NCBI GenBank assembly: GCA_036676395.1
Contig: JAKFCY010000003.1
Span: forward strand, 320,001-384,000
DNA: 64,000 nt
Direction: 5' to 3'
Origin: Bdellovibrio sp.
GTDB lineage: Bacteria; Bdellovibrionota; Bdellovibrionia; Bdellovibrionales; Bdellovibrionaceae
The position numbers were made by a program, and so were the translations under genes. Below the pieces are notes generated by a model that saw only the letters and a list, made by a program, of their open reading frames with translations, ran no database searches and was not told the DNA's origin. Each line of letters starts with the position of its first letter. The stretch's first letter is position 1. Positions 1-10,620 of the stretch are shown here, one piece after another.

Positions 1-1342
1 GAATATTCGCTATAATATATCTGGTATGGGTGTAAGCGCACATCAATTAAATTCAGAGATGTCGAAAGAATTAATTTTTAGCTTTTGGCATGCGATCGTG
101 GTCATCGGGTTAATTTTAGTTGTCGTATTTCGTTCTTATAAATGGGCTCTTATTGCTTGTCTGCCTAACTTGGTGCCGCCGCTTGCGCTTATTGCCATAC
201 TAGCTGCAACGCGCACCCCGATTAAGCCAAGTGTTGCCATTATATTTTCAATAGCGATCGGCTTGGCATTTTCTAATACGGTGTACCTGCTTGGAAAACT
301 TAAAAAAGTAATTAAAGAAAAAAATCTAATAGACTATTTACCGGTAAAGTCTATGCTCGTTTCAGAGATGATTCCTTGTTTATTGGCGACTGTACTTGTG
401 GCTTCGGGATTTATTGTATTTACGTTTTCATATTTTGAAATGAATAAGATTTTTGGAGTATACATGATTCTTTCAATTTTTGCCGGGGCTTTTGCTGATC
501 TTATGTTTTTACCCTCTTTTATCAGACGTTATCCAAAATTTTTATTACAAAAACAATCTATGCTACCACCAAAGTTAGTCACGGCAACAACAGCTGCAAC
601 ATTTTTATTGTTGGTTGTCTTTTCACAAAAATCTTTTTCGGCCTCTGTTGATGTTGATACCTTATTAAAAAAATCAAAAGCATTAATCGCAAGTAAAGAT
701 GATGTTGCCGACGTTAAAATGAAAATTATTGAAAAAGATGGTTCGGTTAAAGAACGTTCAATGCAAATTAAACGCAAGTTCGGCGCCAAACATATGACCC
801 TTGTGCGTATGAAGTCTCCTGCAGATCTTAAAGGCACTGCTCTATTAAATGTGATCGAAGGCGGCGAAGAGAACCAATGGCTTTACTTGCCTTCAAGCAA
901 ACAGGTGCGCCGAATTATGGGGCAACAGAATAAAAAAGCTGGAGTTTTAGGCTCAGAACTTACACCTGAAGATTTAGACATCACCACAGTTAAGGGTTCA
1001 AAAGCGACTTTGGTCAAAGAAGTGAAAGTCGGAAACCAAGCTTTTGCTTTAATTGAAATCAAATCAAATTCAAACACCACTGAATATTCAAAAGCCTTAG
1101 TGTTAGTGTCGCTAAAAAGCAGCTTACCTGCCCGCCTTGAGTACTACGATAAGCAAAATAAAGCCGTTAAACGTGTGGATTTTGAAAATTACATACAAGT
1201 AGGTGGAGCATATCGCGCTCAGTCAATAAAGGTGCGCAATTTAGTCAATAAAAGAGGCACCGATTTGATTCTTTCAAACATTAAATCAAATTCAGGTCTG
1301 ACTGAAGATGAGTTTTCTCAGCGCGCATTATCACGAGAGTAA
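1..1342 (+). CDS. 5'-truncated MMPL/RND-family transporter C-terminal TM region fused to a LolA-like 'outer membrane lipoprotein-sorting' domain
   Basis: Frame is open from the window edge (N-I-R-Y-N-I-S-G-M). First ~170 aa are MMPL-type TM helices (FRSYKWALIACLPNLVP, IAIGLA, FIVFTFSYF). C-terminal SPADLKGTALL..QWLYLPSSKQVRRI..LGSELTPEDL..LPARLEYYD is the typical motif set of the LolA-like sorting family. Confidence 0.75.
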   Translation, partial: NIRYNISGMGVSAHQLNSEMSKELIFSFWHAIVVIGLILVVVFRSYKWALIACLPNLVPPLALIAILAATRTPIKPSVAIIFSIAIGLAFSNTVYLLGKLKKVIKEKNLIDYLPVKSMLVSEMIPCLLATVLVASGFIVFTFSYFEMNKIFGVYMILSIFAGAFADLMFLPSFIRRYPKFLLQKQSMLPPKLVTATTAATFLLLVVFSQKSFSASVDVDTLLKKSKALIASKDDVADVKMKIIEKDGSVKERSMQIKRKFGAKHMTLVRMKSPADLKGTALLNVIEGGEENQWLYLPSSKQVRRIMGQQNKKAGVLGSELTPEDLDITTVKGSKATLVKEVKVGNQAFALIEIKSNSNTTEYSKALVLVSLKSSLPARLEYYDKQNKAVKRVDFENYIQVGGAYRAQSIKVRNLVNKRGTDLILSNIKSNSGLTEDEFSQRALSRE

Positions 1343-1415
1343 AAGCACTAAAACCGTTTGTTTCTTGTAAATTAACCATGGTAAATTCTCTGACTCAGAG
1401 AGAGGTAATTTACCT

Positions 1416-2975
1416 ATGCAAGAAAATGTAATGCAGCTAAAAATTCAAGATCTTGAAAAAAGAAACGACAAAGCATTTGCCGGTGGTGGTGCAGATAAAA
1501 TTGCAAAACACAAACAAGGCGGAAGACTTACAGCACGTGAACGTGTTGAAGTTTTAGTTGATCCAGGCAGCTTCGTTGAAACTGATCGTTTCATGACTCA
1601 TCGTTGTACTAACTTCGGTATGGAAAAAAATAAAGTTCCAGGTGATGGCATCATCACTGGTTACGGCCGCATCAACGGAAAACTGATTTATCTTTCTTCG
1701 CAGGATTTCACGGTTAACGGCGGATCAATGTCTCGCACTCAGGCGAATAAAATTTGTAAAGTGATGGATCTAGCTCTTAAAAATGGAGCTCCATTTATTT
1801 CAATCAACGATTCTGGTGGTGCGCGGATTCAAGAAGGTATCGAATCTCTTGGTGGTTACGCCGATATCTTTACCCGCAATGTTTTATCATCGGGTGTGAT
1901 TCCGCAAATTACCGCAATCATGGGGCCGTGCGCTGGTGGAGCGGTTTATTCTCCGTCGATCACTGATTTCGTATTCATGGTTGAAAACACTTCGTACATG
2001 TTTGTAACTGGTCCTGATGTTATTAAAACAGTAACTCATGAAGATGTGACTAAAGAAGATTTAGGTGGTGCAGTTACTCATTCACAAAAATCTGGCGTAT
2101 GTCATTTCACGGCGACTGATGATAAACACTGCTTATTATTAATCCGCGAATTAATGAACTTTATCCCTTCAAATAACTTGGATGATTCTCCTACTTTAGG
2201 AACTAAAGATACTCCTGATCGCATCAATGAAGCTTTAAATAAGTTGATTCCTGATAACCCGAAAAAACCTTACGACATGTTACAAGTGATTTCAGAAGTT
2301 GTAGATGAAGGTTATTTCTTAGAAGTTCATAAAAACTTCGCACAAAATATTATCGTAGGTTATGCCCGCATGAATGGCCGCCCTGTAGGTATCGTTGCCA
2401 ACCAACCACAAATTTTAGCCGGATGTTTAAATATCGACGCTTCAAGAAAAGCGGCTCGCTTTATTCGTTTTTGTGATGCGTTTAATATTCCAATTGTATC
2501 ATTTGTTGACGTTCCGGGTTTCTTACCGGGCCGTGACCAAGAATGGAATGGAATTATCACTCATGGTGCAAAACTTCTTTATGCTTACGCTGAAGCAACT
2601 GTTCCGAAAGTTACAGTGATTACGCGTAAAGCTTACGGTGGTGCTTACATCGTGATGGGCTCTAAATTATTACGTTCAGATGTGAACTTAGCTTACCCGT
2701 CTGCTGAAATCGCCGTTATGGGCGCTGAAGGCGCGGTAAATATTATTCACCGTGAAAAAATCGCAAAGGCTGCTGACCCTGCTGCTGAAAAAGCAAAACT
2801 CACTGCTGAATATGAACAAATGTTTTCTAACCCGTATGTTTCTGCAGAACTTGGTTACACTGATGAAGTGATCGAACCAGCACTAACTCGTAAACGCGTG
2901 ATTGATTCTTTGGAAATGCTTCGCAATAAACGCGAAATCAATCCACCGAAAAAACACGGAAACATTCCACTTTAA
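1416..2975 (+). CDS. pccB: acyl-CoA (propionyl-CoA) carboxylase carboxyltransferase beta subunit
   Basis: [39 protein letters not shown]-terminal KKHGNIPL. Confidence 0.93.
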   Translation: MQENVMQLKIQDLEKRNDKAFAGGGADKIAKHKQGGRLTARERVEVLVDPGSFVETDRFMTHRCTNFGMEKNKVPGDGIITGYGRINGKLIYLSSQDFTVNGGSMSRTQANKICKVMDLALKNGAPFISINDSGGARIQEGIESLGGYADIFTRNVLSSGVIPQITAIMGPCAGGAVYSPSITDFVFMVENTSYMFVTGPDVIKTVTHEDVTKEDLGGAVTHSQKSGVCHFTATDDKHCLLLIRELMNFIPSNNLDDSPTLGTKDTPDRINEALNKLIPDNPKKPYDMLQVISEVVDEGYFLEVHKNFAQNIIVGYARMNGRPVGIVANQPQILAGCLNIDASRKAARFIRFCDAFNIPIVSFVDVPGFLPGRDQEWNGIITHGAKLLYAYAEATVPKVTVITRKAYGGAYIVMGSKLLRSDVNLAYPSAEIAVMGAEGAVNIIHREKIAKAADPAAEKAKLTAEYEQMFSNPYVSAELGYTDEVIEPALTRKRVIDSLEMLRNKREINPPKKHGNIPL

Positions 2976-2987
2976 GAAGGGGTCGAT

Positions 2988-4520
2988 ATGCATAGTCATG
3001 AAATTTCAACTCCACAGAATGCCCCGTTTAAAAAGATTTTAATCGCTAACCGCGGTGAAATCGCGATTCGTGTAACTCGTGCTTGCCGCGAGTTAGGAAT
3101 TGCAACAGTGGCTGTATTTAGTGATGCTGATCGCGAAAGTTTACATGTGTTCTTAGCTGATGAAGCTTACCATATCGGACCAAGCCCATCTAAAGAAAGC
3201 TATTTAAATTATAAAAAAATTATCGAAGTTGCAAAAAAAGCTAACGTAGATGCAATTCATCCAGGCTATGGATTCTTGTCTGAAAATCCAGTTTTCGTAA
3301 GAGCTTGTAAAGAAGCCGGCATCACGTTTATCGGACCAACTCCTGAAAATATGGAATCAATGGGAGATAAATTATCTGCGAAAGCTTTAATGAAAAAAGC
3401 TGGTGTTCCTTTGGTTCCGGGATCTGATGGCGGGGTTGAAACTGTTGAAGAAGCTTTAGTTGTTGCTAAAAAAATCGGTTTACCAATCATTATTAAGGCA
3501 ACTGCTGGTGGTGGTGGTAAAGGAATGCGCGTTGTTCGTCAAGAATCAGAGATCGAAAGTGCCTTTCGCGCTTGCCGCTCTGAGGGGCAAAACTATTTCG
3601 CCAATCCTACAGTATATATCGAAAGATTTATTAACGATCCAAAACATATCGAAATTCAAATATTCGGTGATACTCACGGAAACGTAGTTCATTTATTTGA
3701 ACGCGAATGCTCGGTACAACGTCGTCACCAAAAAATTATTGAAGAATCACCGTCTCCATCTGTTCCAATGGATGTGAAACTTAAAATGGGTGATTGCGCA
3801 GTTCGTGCCGCTAAATCAATTGGTTATGTTGGGGCCGGTACAATCGAATTTATTTTTGATAACCAAACTAAAGAATTCTTCTTCATGGAGATGAATACTC
3901 GTTTGCAAGTTGAACATCCGATCACAGAACTTGTTATCGGTGTAGATCTTGTGAAAGAGCAAATTTTTGTCGCCAAAGGTAATGAACTGAGCTTCAAACA
4001 AGAAGACATCAAACAAAAAGGTCATGCCATTGAAGCACGTATTTGTGCTGAAGACCCAACAACGTATAAACCATCACCTGGTTTAATTCGTGCTTGTCGT
4101 CATCCACAAGGGCCATTCTTACGTATCGATTCATATGCTTACCCTGGTTATGAAGTGCCTATCTATTACGATCCAATGATTGCTAAAGTCATCACTTGGG
4201 GTGATACGCGTGAAGAAGCCATTGATCGTATGCAAAGAGCTTTAGCTGAATTCGTATTAACTGGAATTAAAACGAATATCGTTTTACATCGCACTATCTT
4301 AGGCCACCCTAAGTTCTTAGATGGATCATACACAACTCAATTCATTGAAAAGAATTTTGAAGTGTTAGAGCCGCAAATGTTTCGCGAAGTTAACGACAAG
4401 GTATTCTTGATTGCAGCCGCAATTACAGCTTTCGAAGACCGTAAATCAAAAGATGTGCGCAGATACAACGTGCGCTCTAACTGGCGCAGTCTTAGCCGTA
4501 AAATTCAATTAAGAACTTAG
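2988..4520 (+). CDS. accC: biotin carboxylase subunit of acyl-CoA carboxylase
   Basis: KILIANRGEIA, HPGYGFLSEN, GGGGKGMR, ERECSVQRRHQK, EMNTRLQVEHP. Confidence 0.93.
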   Translation: MHSHEISTPQNAPFKKILIANRGEIAIRVTRACRELGIATVAVFSDADRESLHVFLADEAYHIGPSPSKESYLNYKKIIEVAKKANVDAIHPGYGFLSENPVFVRACKEAGITFIGPTPENMESMGDKLSAKALMKKAGVPLVPGSDGGVETVEEALVVAKKIGLPIIIKATAGGGGKGMRVVRQESEIESAFRACRSEGQNYFANPTVYIERFINDPKHIEIQIFGDTHGNVVHLFERECSVQRRHQKIIEESPSPSVPMDVKLKMGDCAVRAAKSIGYVGAGTIEFIFDNQTKEFFFMEMNTRLQVEHPITELVIGVDLVKEQIFVAKGNELSFKQEDIKQKGHAIEARICAEDPTTYKPSPGLIRACRHPQGPFLRIDSYAYPGYEVPIYYDPMIAKVITWGDTREEAIDRMQRALAEFVLTGIKTNIVLHRTILGHPKFLDGSYTTQFIEKNFEVLEPQMFREVNDKVFLIAAAITAFEDRKSKDVRRYNVRSNWRSLSRKIQLRT

Positions 4521-4533
4521 TAAGGAATTAGAT

Positions 4534-5061
4534 ATGTATTTTGAAGCAGAACTAAAAGATAAAAAATATAAAGTCGATGTTCACGAAGAACGTCATTCTT
4601 GGAAGGTCTCTTTACAACAAGATGGCCAGGACTGGCAGCACTACGATATTTCTAAAACTGATTTTCAGCATGCTGAAGAGTATGTGAGCTTTCTATTTGA
4701 TGGAAAGTCATACCTTATCGACGTGCTCGGACAAGACACTGAATACACAGTATTCATTCGTAATTCGTTTCGTACGATCAAAATTTTCAATGATGAAATG
4801 TTATTACATGAATCATTAAAAAAAGGCGGCGGCGCTGGATCAAACATTGAATTAAAAGCTGGTATGCCAGGTAAAGTGATTGAAATCTTTGTTAAAGAAG
4901 GTGAAATCGTTAAGGCTGGTAAACCATTGTTAATTATGGAAGCCATGAAAATGGAAAATGAAATGCGTGCATCCAGCGATGTTAAGATCAAACAGATCTG
5001 CATCAAGCAAGGCGACTCGGTCGAAAACGGAGCTGTCTTAATTAGATTCGAAAAACCATAA
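4534..5061 (+). CDS. biotin carboxyl carrier protein
   Basis: EAMKMEN biotinylation motif; in operon with pccB/accC. Confidence 0.92.
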   Translation: MYFEAELKDKKYKVDVHEERHSWKVSLQQDGQDWQHYDISKTDFQHAEEYVSFLFDGKSYLIDVLGQDTEYTVFIRNSFRTIKIFNDEMLLHESLKKGGGAGSNIELKAGMPGKVIEIFVKEGEIVKAGKPLLIMEAMKMENEMRASSDVKIKQICIKQGDSVENGAVLIRFEKP

Positions 5062-5063
5062 AT

Positions 5064-5094
5064 AAAAAAAGCTCCTTAACCGGAGCTTTTTTTT
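5064..5094. terminator. bidirectional intrinsic terminator
   Basis: A7-GCTCC-ttaacc-GGAGC-T8 between convergent genes. Confidence 0.85.
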
Positions 5095-5118
5095 GCTTTA
5101 AATTTGAAAATCTAAAAA

Positions 5119-5868
5119 CTATAAAGCTGAAAAATTACCTAAACCATCGATATGGTATGAATAAGACTGTGTCTCTTTTTTCAAGATTGTAGAAACCGTC
5201 CAATTAATATTTATAATCATACCAGCTAAAGGATTTGTTGAAGTTCCTTTATTATATACTGATTCAACTGCAGCTTGTACGTTGAATGTGTATAGGTAAG
5301 CTGTTTTAAATTCTTGTGGCTCTACCGACACATAACCAATGTATTTACCTTGGCCTTTATAGCTGCCATTAGTTAGATAAATGATTTTGTAAACTAATTT
5401 AGCCACTTCGACATTGTATAAATTTTTATACGTAATTTCGTAGTATTTAGATTGTGGGTTTTTCCAACCTTCTAACTGTTGCCAGGCTGTAATATTTTGT
5501 GGAACCGCAGACGCTTTTGCCATCTTTTGATAGTTTGCTACTGGTTTTCCTTTTTCTAAAACATTCCAGATTTTTGTACCTATATTAATGATTTTATCGA
5601 CAATGATTTCGACTTGATTCAATTGCCCGATCACTTGATCAAACGGCCCACCAACGCCCAGATCAGCTTCAATAGCTTCACGTTGCAGTGCTGCTTGTTC
5701 TATTTTAAATCGGTTTTTCTTTTGGTATTTTTCGGTGACATCGCGAACTTCGACGTTAAGCGGCGTCAATTGATCCATCATCTCTTGCGAGATGTCGCGT
5801 GGATCAGCGGCGTTAGCTAATATCGGCATTGCAAGACTTGCGAGAACAATAATCGTTAAAAACTTCAT
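5119..5868 (-). CDS. secreted hypothetical protein
   Basis: Likely start ATG at 5868 (MKFLTIIVLASLAMPILANA signal peptide) with GGGGGAAG RBS, shorter than the ORF-track call; no recognised family. Confidence 0.7.
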   Translation of the reverse strand: MKFLTIIVLASLAMPILANAADPRDISQEMMDQLTPLNVEVRDVTEKYQKKNRFKIEQAALQREAIEADLGVGGPFDQVIGQLNQVEIIVDKIINIGTKIWNVLEKGKPVANYQKMAKASAVPQNITAWQQLEGWKNPQSKYYEITYKNLYNVEVAKLVYKIIYLTNGSYKGQGKYIGYVSVEPQEFKTAYLYTFNVQAAVESVYNKGTSTNPLAGMIININWTVSTILKKETQSYSYHIDGLGNFSAL

Positions 5869-6021
5869 ACTTCCCCCTGTGGATGTGGGGCCACCATATA
5901 ATTGGGTGTTGTTTATTATCAACAATCTTTGAGCACAATTGTAAAGAATCAAAGATCGTCAAAAAAATTGTCACTCTCGTGCCAACGAGGTTAATTGTCC
6001 CTCCATCGGTTTAAATCATCA

Positions 6022-6037
6022 TGGCATGTTCAATGCT
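6022..6037 (+). promoter_or_regulatory. putative sigma54 (-24/-12) promoter
   Basis: TGGCATG-TTCA-ATGCT versus consensus TGGCACG-N4-TTGCW, with correct GG/GC spacing, 25 nt before the kinase start. Confidence 0.45.
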
Positions 6038-6062
6038 TTAATAGCGCCTGTATAGAGGAACC

Positions 6063-8930
6063 GTGGATCAATCATCACCTAACAAAAACTTAACAGCACT
6101 AAGTTTGAAGCTTACACGTTGGCTTTCTGGGATTGTTTTACTGATTCCTATTGTTGTAACCATTGGCCATGCTTTTGAGATCCCGGTTTTAACTGGTCAA
6201 GTCGGCGAATATCCCCCTATGCGCACAAACAGTTCGCTTGGGGTATTTATTTTATCTCTTAGCATTTTTTTAACATCGATAAAAAATGCGCCGCGATTTA
6301 TTATTGCGCTGGGTGCAGCGTTCACTTTGTTACTCGGAAGCTTGAACTTAGCGGGGCATTTTTTGCCTTTTACGAGCGGGGTGCCGACTCCTCAAGTAGC
6401 GTTAAATTTTATCTTGATGGGAGCTAGTGTAATTATTTATTGTTATCTGCCCCGCCTAATAAGGCTTGCACAGTACATGGTTTTATTTGCTTGTCTTAAC
6501 GCTGAAATTGCAATAACTGGGTATATCTTTAATGCCACCGAGCTTTATGGTTTTCCGATGTACAGACAAAACATGGGAATGTCTGTACCCACTACCGCGT
6601 CTTTTCTTATGCTTGCTTTAGCTATAATTTGTAGTCGCCCAGACGTAGGCTTAACCAAGATTCTATTTCGCGAAAAATCTGCAAGCGGTGCCGTGGCACG
6701 AAAACTTTTTCTGACAGTCATTCTTGGCCCTCTGGTTATCGGCGTAATTACCCACCTGGGTTTGTTTTTTGGTCTTTATGAAGACAAGGCGCATGACGCC
6801 CTGTTTGTTATCCTTTTTATCGCAATGATTATTCGCAATACGTGGCAATCCGTAAAACAATCTGAAATTCAGGAACTGCGAGTCGAACAGGCCTTAATCG
6901 AAAAAAACTTATCTGAAGCAAGGGCCACCGGAATCATTTCTATTTCTGCTGATGCTATCATTTCGATAGATCGCCGCCAAAAGATAGTTCTTTTTAATGA
7001 GGGCGCAGAAAAAATTTTTGGATACAGCAAGGCGGAAATGTTAGGAAACAAATTAGATCAACTTATTCCCGAACGCTTTCGCAAAAATCACCATCACGAC
7101 GTAGACAAATTTTCTTCTGAAAAAAATGCAGCTCGTCGTATGGGCGAGCGTGGCACCACGATTTATGGACTTAGAAAAAATGGAGAAGAGTTTCCGGCCG
7201 ATGCGGCAATTTCAAATATTAACGTCGGTGGAAATCAACTGATGACTGTGACCTTACGAGACATCACTGACAGGGTACGTATCGAAAAAGCACAGAAATT
7301 ATTGGCAGAAGTTGGGTCGGCCTTAGCTGAAGGTGGGCTTAATTTAGAAAAAATGATTCAAAAGCTTGCCGAAGTCTCGGTTAGAAATTTAGGTGATTAT
7401 TGTATTTTAAATATTGCTTGTGCCAGTAATGATTGTGACATTCTAAAAATTGTCGCTAACGACGCAAACAACAACCAAAAGTGCGATGATTTATCGAATC
7501 TTATCAAATCAGGGGCATTTGCGCATTTAATCGCTCAATCTGAAGAATCTTTAATAATTGAAAATGTAACCGATTACCAACGTTCGCTATTAGCTGGCAA
7601 CGAAACTGAATTACAAACGTTGCACAATTTAAATCTGATCTCATTGATGTCTGTTCCTTTAATCGCCAAACAAAAATATATTGGCACCCTGGTAATAATA
7701 TCAGCCACGCAGAATCGTCGTTATCATGATCTTGATTTACATTTGGCCGAAGCAGTTGCCCTGCGCGCAGCTCTATCGATCGAGAATTCTCATCTTTACA
7801 ATGAATCTCAGAAAGCCATCACCAGTCGTGAAGAAATTTTAGCCATCGTCTCGCATGATCTAAAAAGTCCACTAACCACAATTAAATTAATCGGCGAAAC
7901 ACTGCAGCTACTTGATTCTCCAGACAAAAAAACTTGCGATTCATTCGCAAAAAAAATTAGCAAATCTGTCAAACAAATGCAGGTGCTTATCGGTGATTTA
8001 TTAGATTTTGCCAAAATCCAAAGTGGTTCTTTTTCAGTCAGCAAACAAAGCGAAAATCTTTTGGATGCACTTCGGGAAACCACTGAGTCAGTCCAAGCAC
8101 AAGCTGAAGCTAACCATCAAACTTTGGTTATGGATTTTGCAGCTGACTTACCGAAAGTAACTATTGATCTGCCGCGAATAGTTCAAGTCATATCAAATCT
8201 ATTAAGTAACGCCATAAAGTTTACTCCTGCGAGTGGCACGATTAAAATTTCGGCCGTTGTTCTTAAATCCGATATCTTAGTCTCTGTTTCAGATACAGGC
8301 CCAGGAATTGCCCCTGAAAATTTAACTAAAATCTTTGATCGCTTCTGGCAAGTTGATTCTGCGAAACACAAAGGCAGCGGCTTAGGTTTATCAATTGCTA
8401 AAGGAATTATTCAAGCCCATGGCGGGAAAATTTGGGCTGAAAGCGAATTGCAAAAAGGAACTACTTTTTATTTCACCTTACCAATAGTTTATGCAGAAAA
8501 AACTGAATTTGCTCGTCGTATTATCGACATGTCAAATTCTTCAACTAGCCTTTTACATGGCCAGCACATTTTAGTTGTCGATGATTCGCCGGATAATCTA
8601 TTTTTAATAAAACATTTACTTGAAAGTATGGGGGCAGAAGTTTCTGTGGCAGATAATGTAAAAACAGCATTATCGCGTATTAAGTTTTCTTTGCCTGATG
8701 TTTTGTTTACAGACATCGAAATGCCTGAGGAAACTGGTTACGATCTGCTTTCTCAATTACGTGAATCTACTGATTCGCAGAACAACCCAATACCGGTCGT
8801 TGCATTAACTGGGCACGAAGATAAACAAGAGCTCGATAAAATCAAGGCTGCCGGTTTTGATTTATGTTTGTCAAAACCTATTAATTTAGAAAAATTAGTT
8901 TCGGCTATATTACAATTTACAAATCACTAA
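6063..8930 (+). CDS. membrane-bound hybrid sensor histidine kinase (TM-PAS-GAF-HisKA-HATPase-REC)
   Basis: N-terminal TM helices; PAS (FNEGAEKIFGYS); H-box VSHDLKSPL; NLLSNAIKFT; DTGPGI; GSGLGLSI; receiver ILVVDDS..DIEMP..KP. Confidence 0.92.
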   Translation: MDQSSPNKNLTALSLKLTRWLSGIVLLIPIVVTIGHAFEIPVLTGQVGEYPPMRTNSSLGVFILSLSIFLTSIKNAPRFIIALGAAFTLLLGSLNLAGHFLPFTSGVPTPQVALNFILMGASVIIYCYLPRLIRLAQYMVLFACLNAEIAITGYIFNATELYGFPMYRQNMGMSVPTTASFLMLALAIICSRPDVGLTKILFREKSASGAVARKLFLTVILGPLVIGVITHLGLFFGLYEDKAHDALFVILFIAMIIRNTWQSVKQSEIQELRVEQALIEKNLSEARATGIISISADAIISIDRRQKIVLFNEGAEKIFGYSKAEMLGNKLDQLIPERFRKNHHHDVDKFSSEKNAARRMGERGTTIYGLRKNGEEFPADAAISNINVGGNQLMTVTLRDITDRVRIEKAQKLLAEVGSALAEGGLNLEKMIQKLAEVSVRNLGDYCILNIACASNDCDILKIVANDANNNQKCDDLSNLIKSGAFAHLIAQSEESLIIENVTDYQRSLLAGNETELQTLHNLNLISLMSVPLIAKQKYIGTLVIISATQNRRYHDLDLHLAEAVALRAALSIENSHLYNESQKAITSREEILAIVSHDLKSPLTTIKLIGETLQLLDSPDKKTCDSFAKKISKSVKQMQVLIGDLLDFAKIQSGSFSVSKQSENLLDALRETTESVQAQAEANHQTLVMDFAADLPKVTIDLPRIVQVISNLLSNAIKFTPASGTIKISAVVLKSDILVSVSDTGPGIAPENLTKIFDRFWQVDSAKHKGSGLGLSIAKGIIQAHGGKIWAESELQKGTTFYFTLPIVYAEKTEFARRIIDMSNSSTSLLHGQHILVVDDSPDNLFLIKHLLESMGAEVSVADNVKTALSRIKFSLPDVLFTDIEMPEETGYDLLSQLRESTDSQNNPIPVVALTGHEDKQELDKIKAAGFDLCLSKPINLEKLVSAILQFTNH

Positions 8931-9538
8931 ATCTTTTTTAGTAATTCTTCTTTTTTAGCTGTGTATTCAGCTTCTGAAAGGGCGCCTGATTGATATAGCT
9001 TGTGTAGGTCTTCGATAACTTTTGACACATCTGCTGATTGTGAAGAAGACACCGTAGATGTTGTCGTGTTCACTGAACTTGCCGCATTTGAAACTTCTGC
9101 TGAATCACCAGCTAAGCGATTAAAAATAACTTTAACTTCAGCTAACCAAACTTGAAAATAATTTAAATCTGGCGCGTCTTGGTTGACCACAACACTTTCA
9201 GCAATCATATCGTGGAGTGTTTGGCGTCTAGCCGTAAATAAGTTCATTAAATAACCAATACCCAAAACAAAACCAGATAAAATACTGCAAAAATATCTAA
9301 TGTAAGATTGTTTTAATGTTAAACGTTCACCCGTTTCAGATAAAACAACCATTCTCATCATGGCTTTTCCAGGTGTGCCTTTTAACGGTGATGCTTCAAA
9401 AACCGGTTTATATAATAAGCCAAGAACAAGCCCGCCGACATAAGGAACTAATGTTCCTAAGATAGCCGCTGGAATTAACATAATTAATGCATCAATAACT
9501 GTGGCCATAAAACGTCGCCAAAAACCTGAATAAACCAT
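8927..9538 (-). CDS. RDD family membrane protein with C-terminal SHOCT domain
   Basis: YSGFWRRFMATVID, GTPGK, RQTLHDMIA; C-terminal LHKLYQSGALSEAEYTAKKEELL. Confidence 0.85.
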   Translation of the reverse strand: MVYSGFWRRFMATVIDALIMLIPAAILGTLVPYVGGLVLGLLYKPVFEASPLKGTPGKAMMRMVVLSETGERLTLKQSYIRYFCSILSGFVLGIGYLMNLFTARRQTLHDMIAESVVVNQDAPDLNYFQVWLAEVKVIFNRLAGDSAEVSNAASSVNTTTSTVSSSQSADVSKVIEDLHKLYQSGALSEAEYTAKKEELLKKI

Positions 9539-9548
9539 TTAAATCTCC

Positions 9549-10334
9549 TTAGTTCTCAAAACTCTCTGTTAACGCTTTTTTCTTTTCAAAAAAGCCAACA
9601 ATTACAATTGATATTTCATACATCACCCAAAGAGGTACCATAAGTAAAATCATACTTAAAGCATCTGGCGGGGCAACAACCGCAGAAACAGCGGTGATAG
9701 CGACTACTGCATATTTCTTTTTTTCTTTTAAAAATCTTTGCGAAACCAGACCGACCATTCCCAAGAACGTGATCACGACAGGCATTTCAAAAGTTAATCC
9801 AAACACTACGGCAGTTTGAGTGAAAAATCCAAGATAGTGGTCAATCGTAATCATTGGTTTATCGACATCGCCACCAAAGGTCATTAAAAATTTAAAGGCC
9901 ATTGGCAAGACCACGAAATAACTAAAAGCAACGCCTAAGCAAAACTGCAGTGTTCCGAAAAAAATAAAGCCTGTCGCCATTTTTCTTTCATTGCGGTAAA
10001 GGGCTGGCGCAATGAATTTCCAAAGTTGATATAGCCATAACGGAGCAGATAAAACTAATCCCGCAACAAAGGCGATTTTAATATGCGCCATAAATTTATC
10101 AATGGGCCCAGTATAAACTAAGCCGCCGCTTGGTAAATACGGTTGAATGGGCTTACGAATAACATCAAAAAGTTTTTCGCTGAATCCCCATGCCAAGCAA
10201 GTTCCAAAAAAAATAGCGTACGCTGCGCGTGTTAAGCGAAAACGTAATTCTCCCAGATGTTCAATCAGAGACATGTTTTTTTCTTCTTCGGTAGCAGCTG
10301 CTGTTTTAGGTTCTGGATTAGGATTTGGATTCAT
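9549..10334 (-). CDS. tatC: twin-arginine translocase TatC
   Basis: MSLIEHLGELRFRL, YQLWKFIAPALY, FEMPV, PPDALSM. Confidence 0.95.
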   Translation of the reverse strand: MNPNPNPEPKTAAATEEEKNMSLIEHLGELRFRLTRAAYAIFFGTCLAWGFSEKLFDVIRKPIQPYLPSGGLVYTGPIDKFMAHIKIAFVAGLVLSAPLWLYQLWKFIAPALYRNERKMATGFIFFGTLQFCLGVAFSYFVVLPMAFKFLMTFGGDVDKPMITIDHYLGFFTQTAVVFGLTFEMPVVITFLGMVGLVSQRFLKEKKKYAVVAITAVSAVVAPPDALSMILLMVPLWVMYEISIVIVGFFEKKKALTESFEN

Positions 10335-10605
10335 CGGATTTTTCTGCCGCTACTTCATCTAAGTTTGTTACTGGCGCAGAAGGAGTTGCTTGCTGTTGCG
10401 CTTGCTGCGGTGGTGTTGGCTTGTGTTTTAATAAATCTGAAGGTCTGAGTTCAGCTTCTTTTTTAAGTTCATCAAAGACTCCCGAGGTGCTTCGGCGCAA
10501 ATCATTAAACATGCGACCAATATTGCGCATAACTTCAGGAAGCTTCTCTGGTGGGATAACGATAATCAAAATTATTCCAAGAATAAGTAAATGGCTAAAA
10601 CTCAT
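10318..10605 (-). CDS. tatB: TatB/TatA-family translocase subunit
   Basis: Short N-terminal TM helix, P-EKLPE amphipathic helix, directly upstream of tatC. Confidence 0.8.
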   Translation of the reverse strand: MSFSHLLILGIILIIVIPPEKLPEVMRNIGRMFNDLRRSTSGVFDELKKEAELRPSDLLKHKPTPPQQAQQQATPSAPVTNLDEVAAEKSDESKS

Positions 10606-10620
10606 GTAATCAGTTTTAAC

